Source: an uncultured Candidatus Saccharibacteria bacterium (lineage in GTDB: Bacteria > Patescibacteriota > Minisyncoccia > Phycocordibacterales > SBAW01). Taken from it: a stretch of DNA of 64,000 bases. The position numbers were made by a program, and so were the translations under genes. Every line of letters begins with the position of its first letter. Position 1 is the stretch's first letter. Positions 41,605 through 51,351 of the stretch are shown piece after piece. The stretch lies in assembly GCA_964650645.1 (NCBI GenBank), contig CAZYUH010000001.1, forward strand, positions 564,274 through 628,273, written 5' to 3'. The notes under the pieces are model-generated. The model did not search any database. It saw only the letters and a list, made by a program, of their open reading frames with translations, and was not told the origin of the DNA.

Positions 41605-42906
41605 TTAAAGCGTTTCGAGCGCCCGGGCAATGCGCGCCAGCGCCTCTTTTTTGCCGATAAGGCCCGCGATGGTGAACGGGTCGGGCGATTTCTCGCGGCC
41701 CGACAGCGCGACGCGCAGGGGCCACAGCACGGCGCCCCTTCCCTCTTGGTCGGCGTAGGGCCATACGGCGTCCTTTATGCGCGAAGCGGTGAAGTCCTCA
41801 TCGTCCATGCCTTCGAGGATGCCGTTCACCGCCCGCAAATGCTTTGACGCATCGAGTGCCGCAATCTTTCCCTTGTTGAGGAGCAGGGCGGGCTCGTAGG
41901 AAACGCCTTTGAGGAATTCGAACTCGCTTGAAAGCAGCTCTGCCGCTTCCTTAAGCGTCTGCGCACGCTCCTTTACGAGCGGCACGAGGCGCATGTCCGC
42001 ACTGGCGCCCAAGAACTCCTCGAGCCGGGCGGCGTAGTCCTCATCGGAAAGGCGCTTGAGGTGCTCGTGGTTGAACCACTTGAGCTTCTCGATGCCGAAT
42101 ACGGCGCCGCCCTTTTGCACCCGCTCAAGCGTGAACAGTTCCGCCAGCTCATCGAGCGTGAACACTTCCTGCTCGCCGCCCGGGTTCCAGCCTAGGAGCG
42201 CCAGGTAGTTTATGAGCGCCTCGGGAATGAAGCCCTGCGCGCGGTAGTCGTTGATGGAAACGGCGCCGTGGCGCTTTGACATTTTTGAGCGGTCGGGCGC
42301 GAGTATGAGCGGGATGTGCGCGTAGGCGGGGCGCACGAAGCCCAGAGCCTCGAGGATGAGTATCTGGCGGGGCGTGTTCGATACGTGGTCCTCGCCGCGT
42401 ATGACGTGCGTGACGCCCATCTCCGCGTCGTCGACGACGACCGCGAAGTGGTACAGCGGCTCATCGGCGCTCTTGGCGATGACGAAGTCGCCGAGCTCCG
42501 TCGTGTCGAAGGTGACGTCGCCGCGCACCGCGTCGGCGAACGTGACGGAGGCGTTCGGGTTCCTGAAGCGCACGACCTTGCGGCCCGAGCCGTCCCTGCC
42601 CTCCTCGGCCTCGTAGGCCTTCCCTGCTTCAATGAGCCGGCGCAGGTGCTCGCGGTACAGCTCGGTCCGCTCCGACTGCTTCCAGGGCGTTTCGTTGTCC
42701 CACGAGAGGCCGAGCCACCGGAGCCCTTCTATAATATCGGCCTCGAATTCGGGCTTGCTTCGCTCGCGGTCGGTGTCCTCGAAGCGGAACACCATCGCTC
42801 CCCCGCCGTGCCTGGCGAAGAGGTAGTTGAACAGAGCCGTGCGCACGGAGCCTATGTGCAAAAAGCCCGTCGGGCTCGGGGGGAACCGGGTGATGACCTG
42901 TGCCAT
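41605..42906 (-). CDS. gltX: Glutamyl-tRNA synthetase (short form)
   Basis: It has HIGH as PSPTGFLHIGSVRTA and KMSKS as KMSKRHG. At 433 aa, the C-terminal anticodon-binding region is reduced. Confidence 0.9.
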   Translation of the reverse strand: MAQVITRFPPSPTGFLHIGSVRTALFNYLFARHGGGAMVFRFEDTDRERSKPEFEADIIEGLRWLGLSWDNETPWKQSERTELYREHLRRLIEAGKAYEAEEGRDGSGRKVVRFRNPNASVTFADAVRGDVTFDTTELGDFVIAKSADEPLYHFAVVVDDAEMGVTHVIRGEDHVSNTPRQILILEALGFVRPAYAHIPLILAPDRSKMSKRHGAVSINDYRAQGFIPEALINYLALLGWNPGGEQEVFTLDELAELFTLERVQKGGAVFGIEKLKWFNHEHLKRLSDEDYAARLEEFLGASADMRLVPLVKERAQTLKEAAELLSSEFEFLKGVSYEPALLLNKGKIAALDASKHLRAVNGILEGMDDEDFTASRIKDAVWPYADQEGRGAVLWPLRVALSGREKSPDPFTIAGLIGKKEALARIARALETL

Positions 42907-42933
42907 ATCCCGCAGTCTAGCAGAAAATCGCCC

Positions 42934-44064
42934 CTATGCCTCGTGGCTCAATGCGATGTCCAGGAGCGCGTTGGCGATGAGCTTGGCGGCGTCGGGGCGG
43001 GCGAAACCGCGCGCGGCGTTCTGCATCGCGTGGCGTATCTGCTCATCGCCGAGTATGCGGTGAATCTCCGCGACCAGGAGGCCCGGCGTGAGGTTGTTCT
43101 GCTCTATAACGGAGGCGCCCCCAGCACGCGCGTACGCGAAGGCGTTGCGGGTCTGGTCGTGGCTTATGGGCTCGGGAATAGGCACCAAAATGGCCGGCAG
43201 GCCCCACGACGCCACCTCGAATATGTTCCCCGCCCCGGCGCGCGATATGACGAGCGATGCCGCGCCGGCGGCCATGCGCGTCGCCAGGTCGTTGAAGTAA
43301 TCGAACGGCTTGTAGCGCTCGAGCGTCGCCGAGTCGGGCACGGCCACGCGCGAGCGGCCCGCCACGTCCTCGTAGTTGGCGCGGCCGGTCTGGTGCACTA
43401 CCTGGTACTCTTCCAGGAGCTTGGGCAGGGCGTCGATGACTGCGTCGTTAATGGTCTGGCTCCCCTGCGAGCCGCCGGTAACGAGCAGGACGGGAAGCCC
43501 GCTTTTAAGGTGCAGGAATTCGCGCGCGCCCTCGCGCGCCGGTACCAGTGCCGCCTTGCGCACTGGGTTGCCGGTGTGCGCCACTTTTTCCTTCGGGAAA
43601 TACTGCGCGCCTTCGGCAAACGCGACGGCGACCTTTACCGCGAACTTGGCCGCCCACTTGTTGACGCGTCCCGGGTCCACGTCGGCCTGCAGGATGACGA
43701 CCGGGATGCGGAACAGGCGCGCCGCGAACAGCGTCGGGAAGCTCGCGTACCCGCCGGTCGAGAAGACGACGTCCGGATAGACGAAGAAGATGTTCATGAC
43801 CGCTCCCGCGATGCCCCACGCGGTCTTGAAGTAATCGACGAAGTTGAGCAGGGAGAAGTAGTTGCGCATCTTCCCCGCCGAGGCCGACACCCACGTGATG
43901 TTGTTGGCGAGCAGGACTTCGCGGTCGTACGGGTCGGGCGCGGCGTAGTAGAGCTTGGGCTCGATGAGGTGCCGCTCGCGCACCTCATCGTTAATGGCCT
44001 CGGCCACCGCCACAATGGGGTAAAAGTGCCCTCCTGACCCTCCGCCGGTAAAAAGTATCTTCAT
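42934..44064 (-). CDS. murG: UDP-N-acetylglucosamine--N-acetylmuramyl-(pentapeptide) pyrophosphoryl-undecaprenol N-acetylglucosamine transferase MurG
   Basis: It has the N-terminal motif MKILFTGGGSGGHFYP and the C-terminal motif GGSQGS. Confidence 0.9.
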   Translation of the reverse strand: MKILFTGGGSGGHFYPIVAVAEAINDEVRERHLIEPKLYYAAPDPYDREVLLANNITWVSASAGKMRNYFSLLNFVDYFKTAWGIAGAVMNIFFVYPDVVFSTGGYASFPTLFAARLFRIPVVILQADVDPGRVNKWAAKFAVKVAVAFAEGAQYFPKEKVAHTGNPVRKAALVPAREGAREFLHLKSGLPVLLVTGGSQGSQTINDAVIDALPKLLEEYQVVHQTGRANYEDVAGRSRVAVPDSATLERYKPFDYFNDLATRMAAGAASLVISRAGAGNIFEVASWGLPAILVPIPEPISHDQTRNAFAYARAGGASVIEQNNLTPGLLVAEIHRILGDEQIRHAMQNAARGFARPDAAKLIANALLDIALSHEA

Positions 44065-44077
44065 GCCTGTGGAATGC

Positions 44078-45196
44078 TTAGCGCTTCATGCGCCTCGATA
44101 TGCCTAATAGTATCCCTATTTCGGCCAAAGAGATAGCCAGGGCCGTGCCGCCGTGCGAGACGAATATGAGCGGCAGGCCCGAGAGCGGTATGAGGCCGAT
44201 GGTGGAGGAGATGTTCATGAACGACTGGCCGATGATGAGCAATACGAGCCCCACCGCCAAGAGGCCCCCGAAAGGGTCCGGCGCGCGCGCGGCGATGCGC
44301 AGGCCTAGAAGCGCGACGGAGGCGTACAAAAGGACGAGCACGACGCTCCCCAGGAATCCGAACTCCTCGGCGGCGACGGCGAATATCGAGTCGCCTATGG
44401 GCTCCGGCAGGAACGAGAACTTCTCGATGCTCTGCCCGAAGCCCTTCCCCGCCACGCCGCCGGAGCCCACCGCGATGAGCGACTGCTGCAGCTGGTAGCC
44501 CGCGCCGCGCGGGTCGGCGTCCGGATGCAGGAAGGTGGTGAACCGCTCCATGAGGTAGGGCCGCTGGTAGGCCGCGAGCCCGACGGCGCCCATGCCGATG
44601 AGCACGATGACGAGTATGTGCCACAGCCGCCCGCCGGCCGCAAAGAGCATGCCGAGCGCCGAGAGCCCGATGATGGCCGCCCCGTCGGTGTCGGGCTGCA
44701 AAAGCAGTATCGCCGCCGCCGAGCCGACCACCAGCGCCAGGGGCAGCACCCCGCCCTTGAGCGTGTGCACCTGCTTCATCCGCGCAGCGAAAATGGCGGC
44801 CAGGAACGCGACGACCGCGAGCTTGAGAATCTCTATCGGCTGGAAGGTGATGGGCCCGAGCGCCAGCCAGCGCGACGCGCCTTTAAGCTCCAGGCCGATG
44901 TGCGGCACGAACGTGAGCGCCGTGAGCGCCATCGCCAGGCCGAAGAAGTACGGCGTAAAGCGCGCCCACTTGCGGTAATCGAGCCGGGAGAGCACCCACA
45001 GCGAGGCGCCCCCGCACATGAGGCCGAGCAAGAGTTGGTTGACCGCCACCGAGGTGAAGGAAGCGCCGTCGCGCGCCAAAAGTCCCAGCGCGGCCGATGT
45101 GAATATGAGGAGGCCGAACACCACGAGGGCGCACATGACGAGCAGGAACGGCGTATCGACAGGAGAGAGTCTTTTCATGGCGCGGCGCGGAAGCAT
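44078..45196 (-). CDS. ftsW: SEDS-family peptidoglycan glycosyltransferase FtsW/RodA
   Basis: It has ten TMs and SEDS motifs (...PIEILKLA..., ...DTDGAAI...). It sits between mraY and murG. Confidence 0.85.
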   Translation of the reverse strand: MLPRRAMKRLSPVDTPFLLVMCALVVFGLLIFTSAALGLLARDGASFTSVAVNQLLLGLMCGGASLWVLSRLDYRKWARFTPYFFGLAMALTALTFVPHIGLELKGASRWLALGPITFQPIEILKLAVVAFLAAIFAARMKQVHTLKGGVLPLALVVGSAAAILLLQPDTDGAAIIGLSALGMLFAAGGRLWHILVIVLIGMGAVGLAAYQRPYLMERFTTFLHPDADPRGAGYQLQQSLIAVGSGGVAGKGFGQSIEKFSFLPEPIGDSIFAVAAEEFGFLGSVVLVLLYASVALLGLRIAARAPDPFGGLLAVGLVLLIIGQSFMNISSTIGLIPLSGLPLIFVSHGGTALAISLAEIGILLGISRRMKR

Positions 45197-45249
45197 CTAA
45201 ATGGGCGGCCGGAAATGCGCCGCACGGAACGACTTCGCTTCGCCTCTTA

Positions 45250-46302
45250 TTATACCAGCGCCAAAACGATGCCCGCTATCGCGGCGACGATGCCCACGAC
45301 CCAGTAGCGCATGGTCACCTTGTAAGCGGGCCAGCCTATGGCCTCGAAGTGGTGGTGCAGGGGCGCGATGCGCAGGATCTTGCGGCCCAGCACCTTCTTG
45401 CCGAATATCTGCACGATATTTGAAACGACGGTCGCGACGAGCGGCAGGGCGATGACGGGGAGCACTGACACTCCCCTGCCCCCGCCCTTCACGTCGGTCA
45501 GGAACGCGATGACCGTGAGCGCCATGGTAAGCGCCATGCTGCCCGTTTCAGAAAGGTAGAAGCGCGCGGGCGGGATGTTGAACCACAGGAAGGCCAGGAG
45601 CCCGCCGGCGAGCGCCGCGCACAGCGACGCGACGTCGTGCTGGCCGTGGAAGAACGCGATGCCCGCGTACGCCCCGAAAATAGAGGCGAAAATGCCGCCC
45701 GAGAGGCCGTCGAGGCCGTCGATGACGCCGCCCGCGTATATGAAGAGCGCTACGAGCGTGAATACGGGAATGAACAGGATGCCGAGCTCGAGCGGCATGG
45801 CCATGAACGGCACGGTAACCGACGAGACGTCGAGCTTGTCGTAGAACCACCACGCGCACAAAAGCGCCACGGCGGCGACGAACGCGAGGCGCACGCGCAG
45901 ACGAAGGCCCTGCCTGCCCGAGACTTCGAAGAGGTCGTCGGCGAAGCCCACCAAGGCGCCCATCGCCATGGCGGCCATGGGCACCCAGGTCTGCGAGCGG
46001 CTTATGAACGCGAGCGTGGAGAACGTGTCGGGAAAGACGCGCGCGAGGAGCGACAAGAGGTCGGCGGTCAGGAGGACGCTCGCCCACACCACCACGCCGC
46101 CGAAGCGCGGCGTGCCCACCTCCTTGTGCCCGTGGAGGCGGTTGAACTCCGCGGCCGCCGTGCCGTCCATCGCGATCTTGCCCCCTTTGGGCTTCCACAT
46201 CTTGTACTTGTACAGGATGTGCGTCAGGAACGGCGTCAGCGCGACGCCGATGATGAACGCCAGCGCGGCCGGGACGAAAATGCGGAATACCTCGAGTGTC
46301 AT
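45250..46302 (-). CDS. mraY: Phospho-N-acetylmuramoyl-pentapeptide transferase MraY
   Basis: It is polytopic, with the conserved DD...D motifs and NxxNxxDGxDGL (GGVIDGLDGLSGG). Confidence 0.9.
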   Translation of the reverse strand: MTLEVFRIFVPAALAFIIGVALTPFLTHILYKYKMWKPKGGKIAMDGTAAAEFNRLHGHKEVGTPRFGGVVVWASVLLTADLLSLLARVFPDTFSTLAFISRSQTWVPMAAMAMGALVGFADDLFEVSGRQGLRLRVRLAFVAAVALLCAWWFYDKLDVSSVTVPFMAMPLELGILFIPVFTLVALFIYAGGVIDGLDGLSGGIFASIFGAYAGIAFFHGQHDVASLCAALAGGLLAFLWFNIPPARFYLSETGSMALTMALTVIAFLTDVKGGGRGVSVLPVIALPLVATVVSNIVQIFGKKVLGRKILRIAPLHHHFEAIGWPAYKVTMRYWVVGIVAAIAGIVLALV

Positions 46303-46862
46303 GCTTGTTCTTGGGCCGCGCCGGCTTCCTTCTGCCGGTACGCGTCCTCTAATGCGGTTAATTTCTCGCGCACGGCCGCGTACTCGGGCAGGTCTTGCGC
46401 GCGCGGCACGCCGAGCGTCGCCAGCAGCTCGGTCGTCGCCTCGAACAGGAACGAGCGGCTGTCCCTGGGGTTCTGCACCTTGCGCACCAGGCCGCGCGTG
46501 GCGAGCGTGCGCAGGGTCTGGCTGGAATTCACGCCGCGGATGAAGTCTATTTCAGAGCGCGTGAGCGGCCCGCGGTACATGACCGCCGCCAGCACTTCCA
46601 GGCCGGCCTTCCCTATGTCGCGCGCGTGCTCCTCGCGGCGGATGCCCTCTATCATCTGCGCGGCTTCGGGCGCGGCGCGCAATTCAACCTGCGCGCCGTC
46701 GTCTGCCACCACCGTGCCCCTCCCCGCCCGCGCGGCGCCTTCAGCGAGCGCGGCCTCGATGTCCTCGGGGGCGGCGCCCAAGAGCTTCTGCAGCTCGGCG
46801 CGCGCGATAGGCCGGCCCAGGGCGAACAGCAGCGCCTCTATCTTTCCGAAAAGCTCATTCAT
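46299..46862 (-). CDS. scpB: Segregation and condensation protein B
   Basis: It shows tandem winged-helix architecture with ALLFA...PLTRSEI...TLRTLATRGLV. It overlaps mraY by 4 nt. Confidence 0.85.
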   Translation of the reverse strand: MNELFGKIEALLFALGRPIARAELQKLLGAAPEDIEAALAEGAARAGRGTVVADDGAQVELRAAPEAAQMIEGIRREEHARDIGKAGLEVLAAVMYRGPLTRSEIDFIRGVNSSQTLRTLATRGLVRKVQNPRDSRSFLFEATTELLATLGVPRAQDLPEYAAVREKLTALEDAYRQKEAGAAQEQA

Positions 46863-47616
46863 ACGTGGGGGTGGAAACGGAGTCGGATTCCATGGTTATA
46901 TCGCCGAAATCCTCGTCCTGCCGTGCACGTAGTATACCCTGCTTCACGAGCTCCAAAAGTGCCAAGAAGCTCACGATGACGCCGTGGCGGGCCTCTGCGC
47001 CCTGCGCGCGGCCGAGCCCCGAGAACTCCCTGAAGCTCGTTCTGAAGGCTCCCGAGATGCGCGCGCTCATCGACTCTATCATCTGCTCGAGGGTCAGTAT
47101 CTTCCTGACCTGCACCTTCGGGAGCGACAGCGCCTGCGGGAAGCCCTGCATGAGCGACTGCGCCGCCGCGCGCAGGCTCTCGGGGGTAACCGAGGCGTCG
47201 GGCATGTACAAGGGCGCCGGCTCCGGGGCCTCGCCCTCGAAGAGGTACGGCGCGCCAAGCTGCGCGCTTAGGCCGCGCGCGGCCTCTTTAATGAGCTGGT
47301 AGAGCGCCAGGCGGTACTCAAGCTCCTTGATGTCGCGCGATTCCTCCTCGGTTATGGTAAGCGTCGGCAAAAGCGAGCGCGATTTTATGAGAAGGAGCGT
47401 GGCGGCGAGCGCCACGAACTCGGCGGTCTCGCCCACCGGAAGCTCGGGCAGGGCGTTCACGCGCGCGATGTACTCGTCGGTCACGCTCGCGAGCGATATA
47501 TCGTTTATGAGGAGCTTGCGCTTCTCGATGAGCTCCAAAAGGATGTCGAGCGGACCCTCGTATACCGGGGTCTTTATGAGGAAATTCCCTGCCTGTGTTT
47601 GCGGGTCAGCCGGCAC
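46855..47616 (-). CDS. scpA: Segregation and condensation protein A
   Basis: It has the motif FEGPLDILLELIEKRKL. It overlaps scpB. Confidence 0.85.
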   Translation of the reverse strand: MPADPQTQAGNFLIKTPVYEGPLDILLELIEKRKLLINDISLASVTDEYIARVNALPELPVGETAEFVALAATLLLIKSRSLLPTLTITEEESRDIKELEYRLALYQLIKEAARGLSAQLGAPYLFEGEAPEPAPLYMPDASVTPESLRAAAQSLMQGFPQALSLPKVQVRKILTLEQMIESMSARISGAFRTSFREFSGLGRAQGAEARHGVIVSFLALLELVKQGILRARQDEDFGDITMESDSVSTPTYE

Positions 47617-47620
47617 CGCC

Positions 47621-48997
47621 TTATTTTACCCCGCTTTCGATGTACTTTACGAGGAAGCGGACGGGCGCGCCGGCGGCGCCTTTGGCGAGGTGGTCTTCGG
47701 GGGTGGCGGTCATGCGCGGCGCCATGTCTACGTGCACCCACGGGCAGTCAAGCTCCTTGGCGAACACTTCCAAGAACTTGCCGCCCGCTATAACGCCGCC
47801 GTGGCGGGAGTTGCCCATGGCGGAAATGTTCGGCACGTCGGCGAACGTCCCCTTCACCATGGGGTCGTACTCCTCCCACAGCGGCAGGGGCCACATATAG
47901 TCGCCTGACGCCTCAGCGAGCTCCATAAGGGGCTGCACGAGCGCGTCCTTGTTGGTCATGAACGCCGAGGCTACGGTGCCCAAGGCTATGAGCGACGCGC
48001 CGGTGAGCGTCGCGACGTCGATGACCGCGGTCGGATTGTACTTCCTGGCGTAGGTGATGGCGTCGGCGAGTATGACGCGCCCTTCCGCGTCGGTGTTGAG
48101 TATCTCGATGGTCTTCCCCGACATCGACGTGAGCACGTCGCCCGGGCGCATGGCGCCGCCCGCCGGCGCGTTCTCGACCGCGGGCACGAGCGCGACGACG
48201 TTCCTTTTAAGCCCGAGGCGCGCGGCGGCGATGACCGCGTGGATGACCGCCGCGCCGCCCGACATGTCCATGTGCATCTCGTACATGCCGTCGCCCGTCT
48301 TTATATTGAGCCCGCCGGTGTCGAACGTGACGCCCTTCCCCACCAGGACCACGGGCTTCTTTGAGCGGTCGGCGCCCCAGTACTCGACGATGATGAGCGC
48401 CGGCGCTTCCTTGGAGCCTTTGGCGACGCCGAGAATGGCGTTCATGCCGAGCGAGGCCATCTCGGCGACGCCGAGGACCTTCACCCGGGCCGGCGTGCCC
48501 TGCGCCGCGGCGACGGCGGCTTCTGCCAGGAGCTCGGGCGTCATGTCGCCGCCCGGAGTGTTCGAGAGCGCGCGGCACGCGTTGACCGATTCGCCCACGA
48601 CGCGCCCCTTCTCGAACGCGTTCTTGGCGGCGGGCGGCGCATTGCGCACCTCGACCGTGTCCACCGACAGGAACCCGCCCTTGGGCGCGGCCTTGTACGC
48701 CGTGTGCTCGTAGTCGGCCATCACGAACGCCTCGGCGCACAGCTGGGCCAGGTCGGCGTCGTCTATGGCCTTGGGCGCGAGCGCGCGCAATTCCTTGAAG
48801 TCGATGCTCACGGCGCGGGCCTCGTTCGCGCGGGCGAACCGGAGCGCCTTGCGCAGGAATACGATGAGCCGGCGGCGGGTCAGGGGCTTCTTGTCGCCGT
48901 ACCCCGCCAGCATGGACAGGCCGTCAAAGCGGCTCAAAGGGCCCTCGATGAAGCGCAGGGGGCGGAACTCGTTTGTGCCGTCAAAGACGAATTGCAT
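47621..48997 (-). CDS. pepA: Leucyl aminopeptidase (M17)
   Basis: It has the signature NTDAEGRVILADAITYA, plus K/D/E metal ligands. Confidence 0.9.
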   Translation of the reverse strand: MQFVFDGTNEFRPLRFIEGPLSRFDGLSMLAGYGDKKPLTRRRLIVFLRKALRFARANEARAVSIDFKELRALAPKAIDDADLAQLCAEAFVMADYEHTAYKAAPKGGFLSVDTVEVRNAPPAAKNAFEKGRVVGESVNACRALSNTPGGDMTPELLAEAAVAAAQGTPARVKVLGVAEMASLGMNAILGVAKGSKEAPALIIVEYWGADRSKKPVVLVGKGVTFDTGGLNIKTGDGMYEMHMDMSGGAAVIHAVIAAARLGLKRNVVALVPAVENAPAGGAMRPGDVLTSMSGKTIEILNTDAEGRVILADAITYARKYNPTAVIDVATLTGASLIALGTVASAFMTNKDALVQPLMELAEASGDYMWPLPLWEEYDPMVKGTFADVPNISAMGNSRHGGVIAGGKFLEVFAKELDCPWVHVDMAPRMTATPEDHLAKGAAGAPVRFLVKYIESGVK

Positions 48998-49150
48998 GGT
49001 GCCAAAACCATACCAAAGAACGCCCCGTTTTCAAGGGCGCCGGGCCTTCGCCGCGTCCCGGGCCTGGGGGGTGGCGCGCGAAAAAAAGTCGACAAAACCG
49101 CAGTTTCGTGATATAAAAGTCGAGGTAAAATCGGTACAGGAGGCAAAGGG

Positions 49151-49432
49151 GTGTTCCTTCCTATCACTGAACGCAATATACGGAAAGCGCTTAAGGCGGC
49201 GCCCGGCGGGTCGCTCGCGTTTCCCGAGCTTCTTAAGAAGTTCGGGCACCAGGTTGAGCTTCTCGCGCTGCTGTTTGAAATGCGGCGCGATGGCTATCCT
49301 CCGATCTGGTTCAATGATAAAAAATGGCTGGATGTTACCCAGCTGGTCGTGACGACCGTAGAGCCAGAGATGCCGGACGGGTTCAGGGAGCTGAAGCGGC
49401 CGGGGCGCAAGGCAAGGGCACGCCCGGGATGA
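49151..49432 (+). CDS. Hypothetical protein (93 aa, GTG start)
   Basis: An RBS aggagg lies 7 nt upstream of the GTG, and a terminator hairpin spans the stop. Confidence 0.5.
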   Translation: MFLPITERNIRKALKAAPGGSLAFPELLKKFGHQVELLALLFEMRRDGYPPIWFNDKKWLDVTQLVVTTVEPEMPDGFRELKRPGRKARARPG

Positions 49433-49451
49433 TTCCCGGGCGTTTTTCGCG
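49421..49451 (+). terminator. Intrinsic terminator after 49151..49432
   Basis: The sequence is cccgggatgattcccggg followed by cgtttttc. Confidence 0.7.
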
Positions 49452-49454
49452 CCG

Positions 49455-50780
49455 CTACTCCTGCTCGGAGAGCGGCAGGTCGATGCGGTTCATGTCGCGC
49501 GGGAACATCGTCGCCTCGCGGATGTTCTTGAGCCCCAGCATCTGCATGGTCATGCGCTCCGCGCCGAACGCAAAGCCGCCTTCGGGCGGGGCGCCGTAGC
49601 GGAACGCCTCGAGGAACATCTCGATCTTCTTCGGGTCCATTTCCCACATCTGCACGTGGCTCAAGAGCTGCTCGTAGTCGTTGATGCGGCGGCCGCCCGA
49701 GAGCCATTCGACGCCGCGGCACAAAAGGTCCATGCCTTCGTTTACCTCCGGGTTCTCCGGGTTCGGGTACACGTAAAAGGGCTTCTGGCGCGTCGGGTAG
49801 CCGTACACGTACACGAAGTCCGACCCGGTCTCCTTTTTAATCATCTCGCAGAGCGCGCGCTCCTGCTCGGGGCTCAGGTCCTTGTCGGCGGGCGCGCCTA
49901 ACTTCTCCAGCGCCTCGGCCAGGGACAGCGTCGGGGTCTTCTCTATCATGACGGGAAGCTCTGCCTGGAGGAGCTTCAGTTCCGCCCCGCACTTGGCGGC
50001 GACGCTCATCAATATGAAGCGCACGCAGTCCTCGGACATGTCGCGCACGTCTTCCCAGCTTTCTATGAACGCCATCTCGGCGTCCAGCGACACGACTTCC
50101 GTAAGATGCCGCGTGGTGGTCGAGGGCTCGGCGCGGAAGATCTTGTTTACGCTGAACACGCGCTCGAACGCGGTCATGACTATCTGCTTGTAGAGCTGGG
50201 GGCTCTGAGAGAGGTACGCTTTCTTATCGAAATAGCCGATTTCAAATACCTCCGCGCCTCCCTCGGCGGTGGCGGGCACCATGGCCGGCGCCTGGAACTC
50301 GAAGAAGTCCTGGCTTTTCATGAACTCGCGGAACGAGTCGATGATGCAAGCTTGCACCTTAAAGACGGCCTGCACCTTCGGGTGGCGCAGGGTGAGCGCG
50401 CGGTGGTCGAGCTCGGTCGGCAAATCGAGGTTGTAGCCCTCAAGCGACATGTCGAACGGCAAGGGCTCGGCCTTGGCCAGTATTTCGAGCGTCTGCACCT
50501 GCAATTCGATATCGCCGTTGAGGACGTCCGGATTGACGTTCTTCTCGGGGCGCTTGTTGACGAGGCCCGACGCCGACACGACGTACTCGGCGCGCATCTC
50601 CTTTGCAACGGCAATAGCGAGCTCCTCCTGGGGCAGCACGACGGCCTGCACGCTTCCCGAGCGGTCGCGGAAATCGAAGAAGACCATGCGGCCCTGGTCG
50701 CGGCGCACCGAGACCCAGCCCTGTATCTTGGCGGCCTCCCCTACCTTCTCCTTGAGATCTTTTATGAGTGTCCGTGGCAT
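49455..50780 (-). CDS. aspS: Aspartyl-tRNA synthetase, archaeal/eukaryal-type short form (likely non-discriminating)
   Basis: At 441 aa it has an N-terminal OB anticodon-binding domain, then class II motifs (FRAEPSTTTRHLTE..., GGAEVFEIGY...). It lacks the bacterial GAD insertion. Confidence 0.85.
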   Translation of the reverse strand: MPRTLIKDLKEKVGEAAKIQGWVSVRRDQGRMVFFDFRDRSGSVQAVVLPQEELAIAVAKEMRAEYVVSASGLVNKRPEKNVNPDVLNGDIELQVQTLEILAKAEPLPFDMSLEGYNLDLPTELDHRALTLRHPKVQAVFKVQACIIDSFREFMKSQDFFEFQAPAMVPATAEGGAEVFEIGYFDKKAYLSQSPQLYKQIVMTAFERVFSVNKIFRAEPSTTTRHLTEVVSLDAEMAFIESWEDVRDMSEDCVRFILMSVAAKCGAELKLLQAELPVMIEKTPTLSLAEALEKLGAPADKDLSPEQERALCEMIKKETGSDFVYVYGYPTRQKPFYVYPNPENPEVNEGMDLLCRGVEWLSGGRRINDYEQLLSHVQMWEMDPKKIEMFLEAFRYGAPPEGGFAFGAERMTMQMLGLKNIREATMFPRDMNRIDLPLSEQE

Positions 50781-50890
50781 AAAAATGTGCCTTTACTATA
50801 GCAAGAAACTTCCCCGAACGCCTCTTGCGGAAATATTGACCCTGTGCGGTTTTATTGGTATTTACAGGATGGAAACGGAGGGACTTTTGA

Positions 50891-51319
50891 GTGAAGATGT
50901 TCGATAGGATCCGCATGTGGCGGAAGACCCAGGCTTTTCTCGGCGCTTTCGGGCCCGATCCCGAAAAGGCGTGCGCCGCCGGCATGTCCCGCGAGGACGA
51001 GATCAGGAGCGCTCTTGAGAAATGGGAACGCGAGCGGTCCGAGCTCCTCCCCCGCCGCCTCGAGCGGATACTGCGCCTGATGGCCGAAGGGGGCTTCTAT
51101 GCCATGGAGCGCCGGACGGCAGAAAGCTTCTGCATGTCCGCGGACGGCAAGCCGGGCCGCGCGCTGCCGTGGCGGGAAGGAAAGGCTTTCTCCTCATTGC
51201 CGCTCGGCTTGCGGAAGATAGCCAGGGAGTACGAGAAGGATGCGGAGAAGCTGTCCGACTCGGCGGACGCGGCGCGGCACTGGTCTGCGGTGTTCGACAA
51301 AAAGAAAGGAAAAGCATAA
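50891..51319 (+). CDS. Hypothetical protein (142 aa)
   Basis: An RBS ggaggg lies upstream and a terminator follows the stop. Confidence 0.5.
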   Translation: MKMFDRIRMWRKTQAFLGAFGPDPEKACAAGMSREDEIRSALEKWERERSELLPRRLERILRLMAEGGFYAMERRTAESFCMSADGKPGRALPWREGKAFSSLPLGLRKIAREYEKDAEKLSDSADAARHWSAVFDKKKGKA

Positions 51320-51351
51320 GCGGCGGGAGCAATCCCGCCGCTTTTTATTTA
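51317..51351. terminator. Bidirectional terminator between 50891..51319 and trpS
   Basis: The sequence is aaag-gcggcgggagcaatcccgccgc-tttttattt. Confidence 0.75.

Noticed and set aside
42316-44037. 573-aa plus-strand ORF
   Set aside because: It is antisense to gltX/murG.
45637-46932. 431-aa plus-strand ORF
   Set aside because: It is antisense to mraY/scpB.
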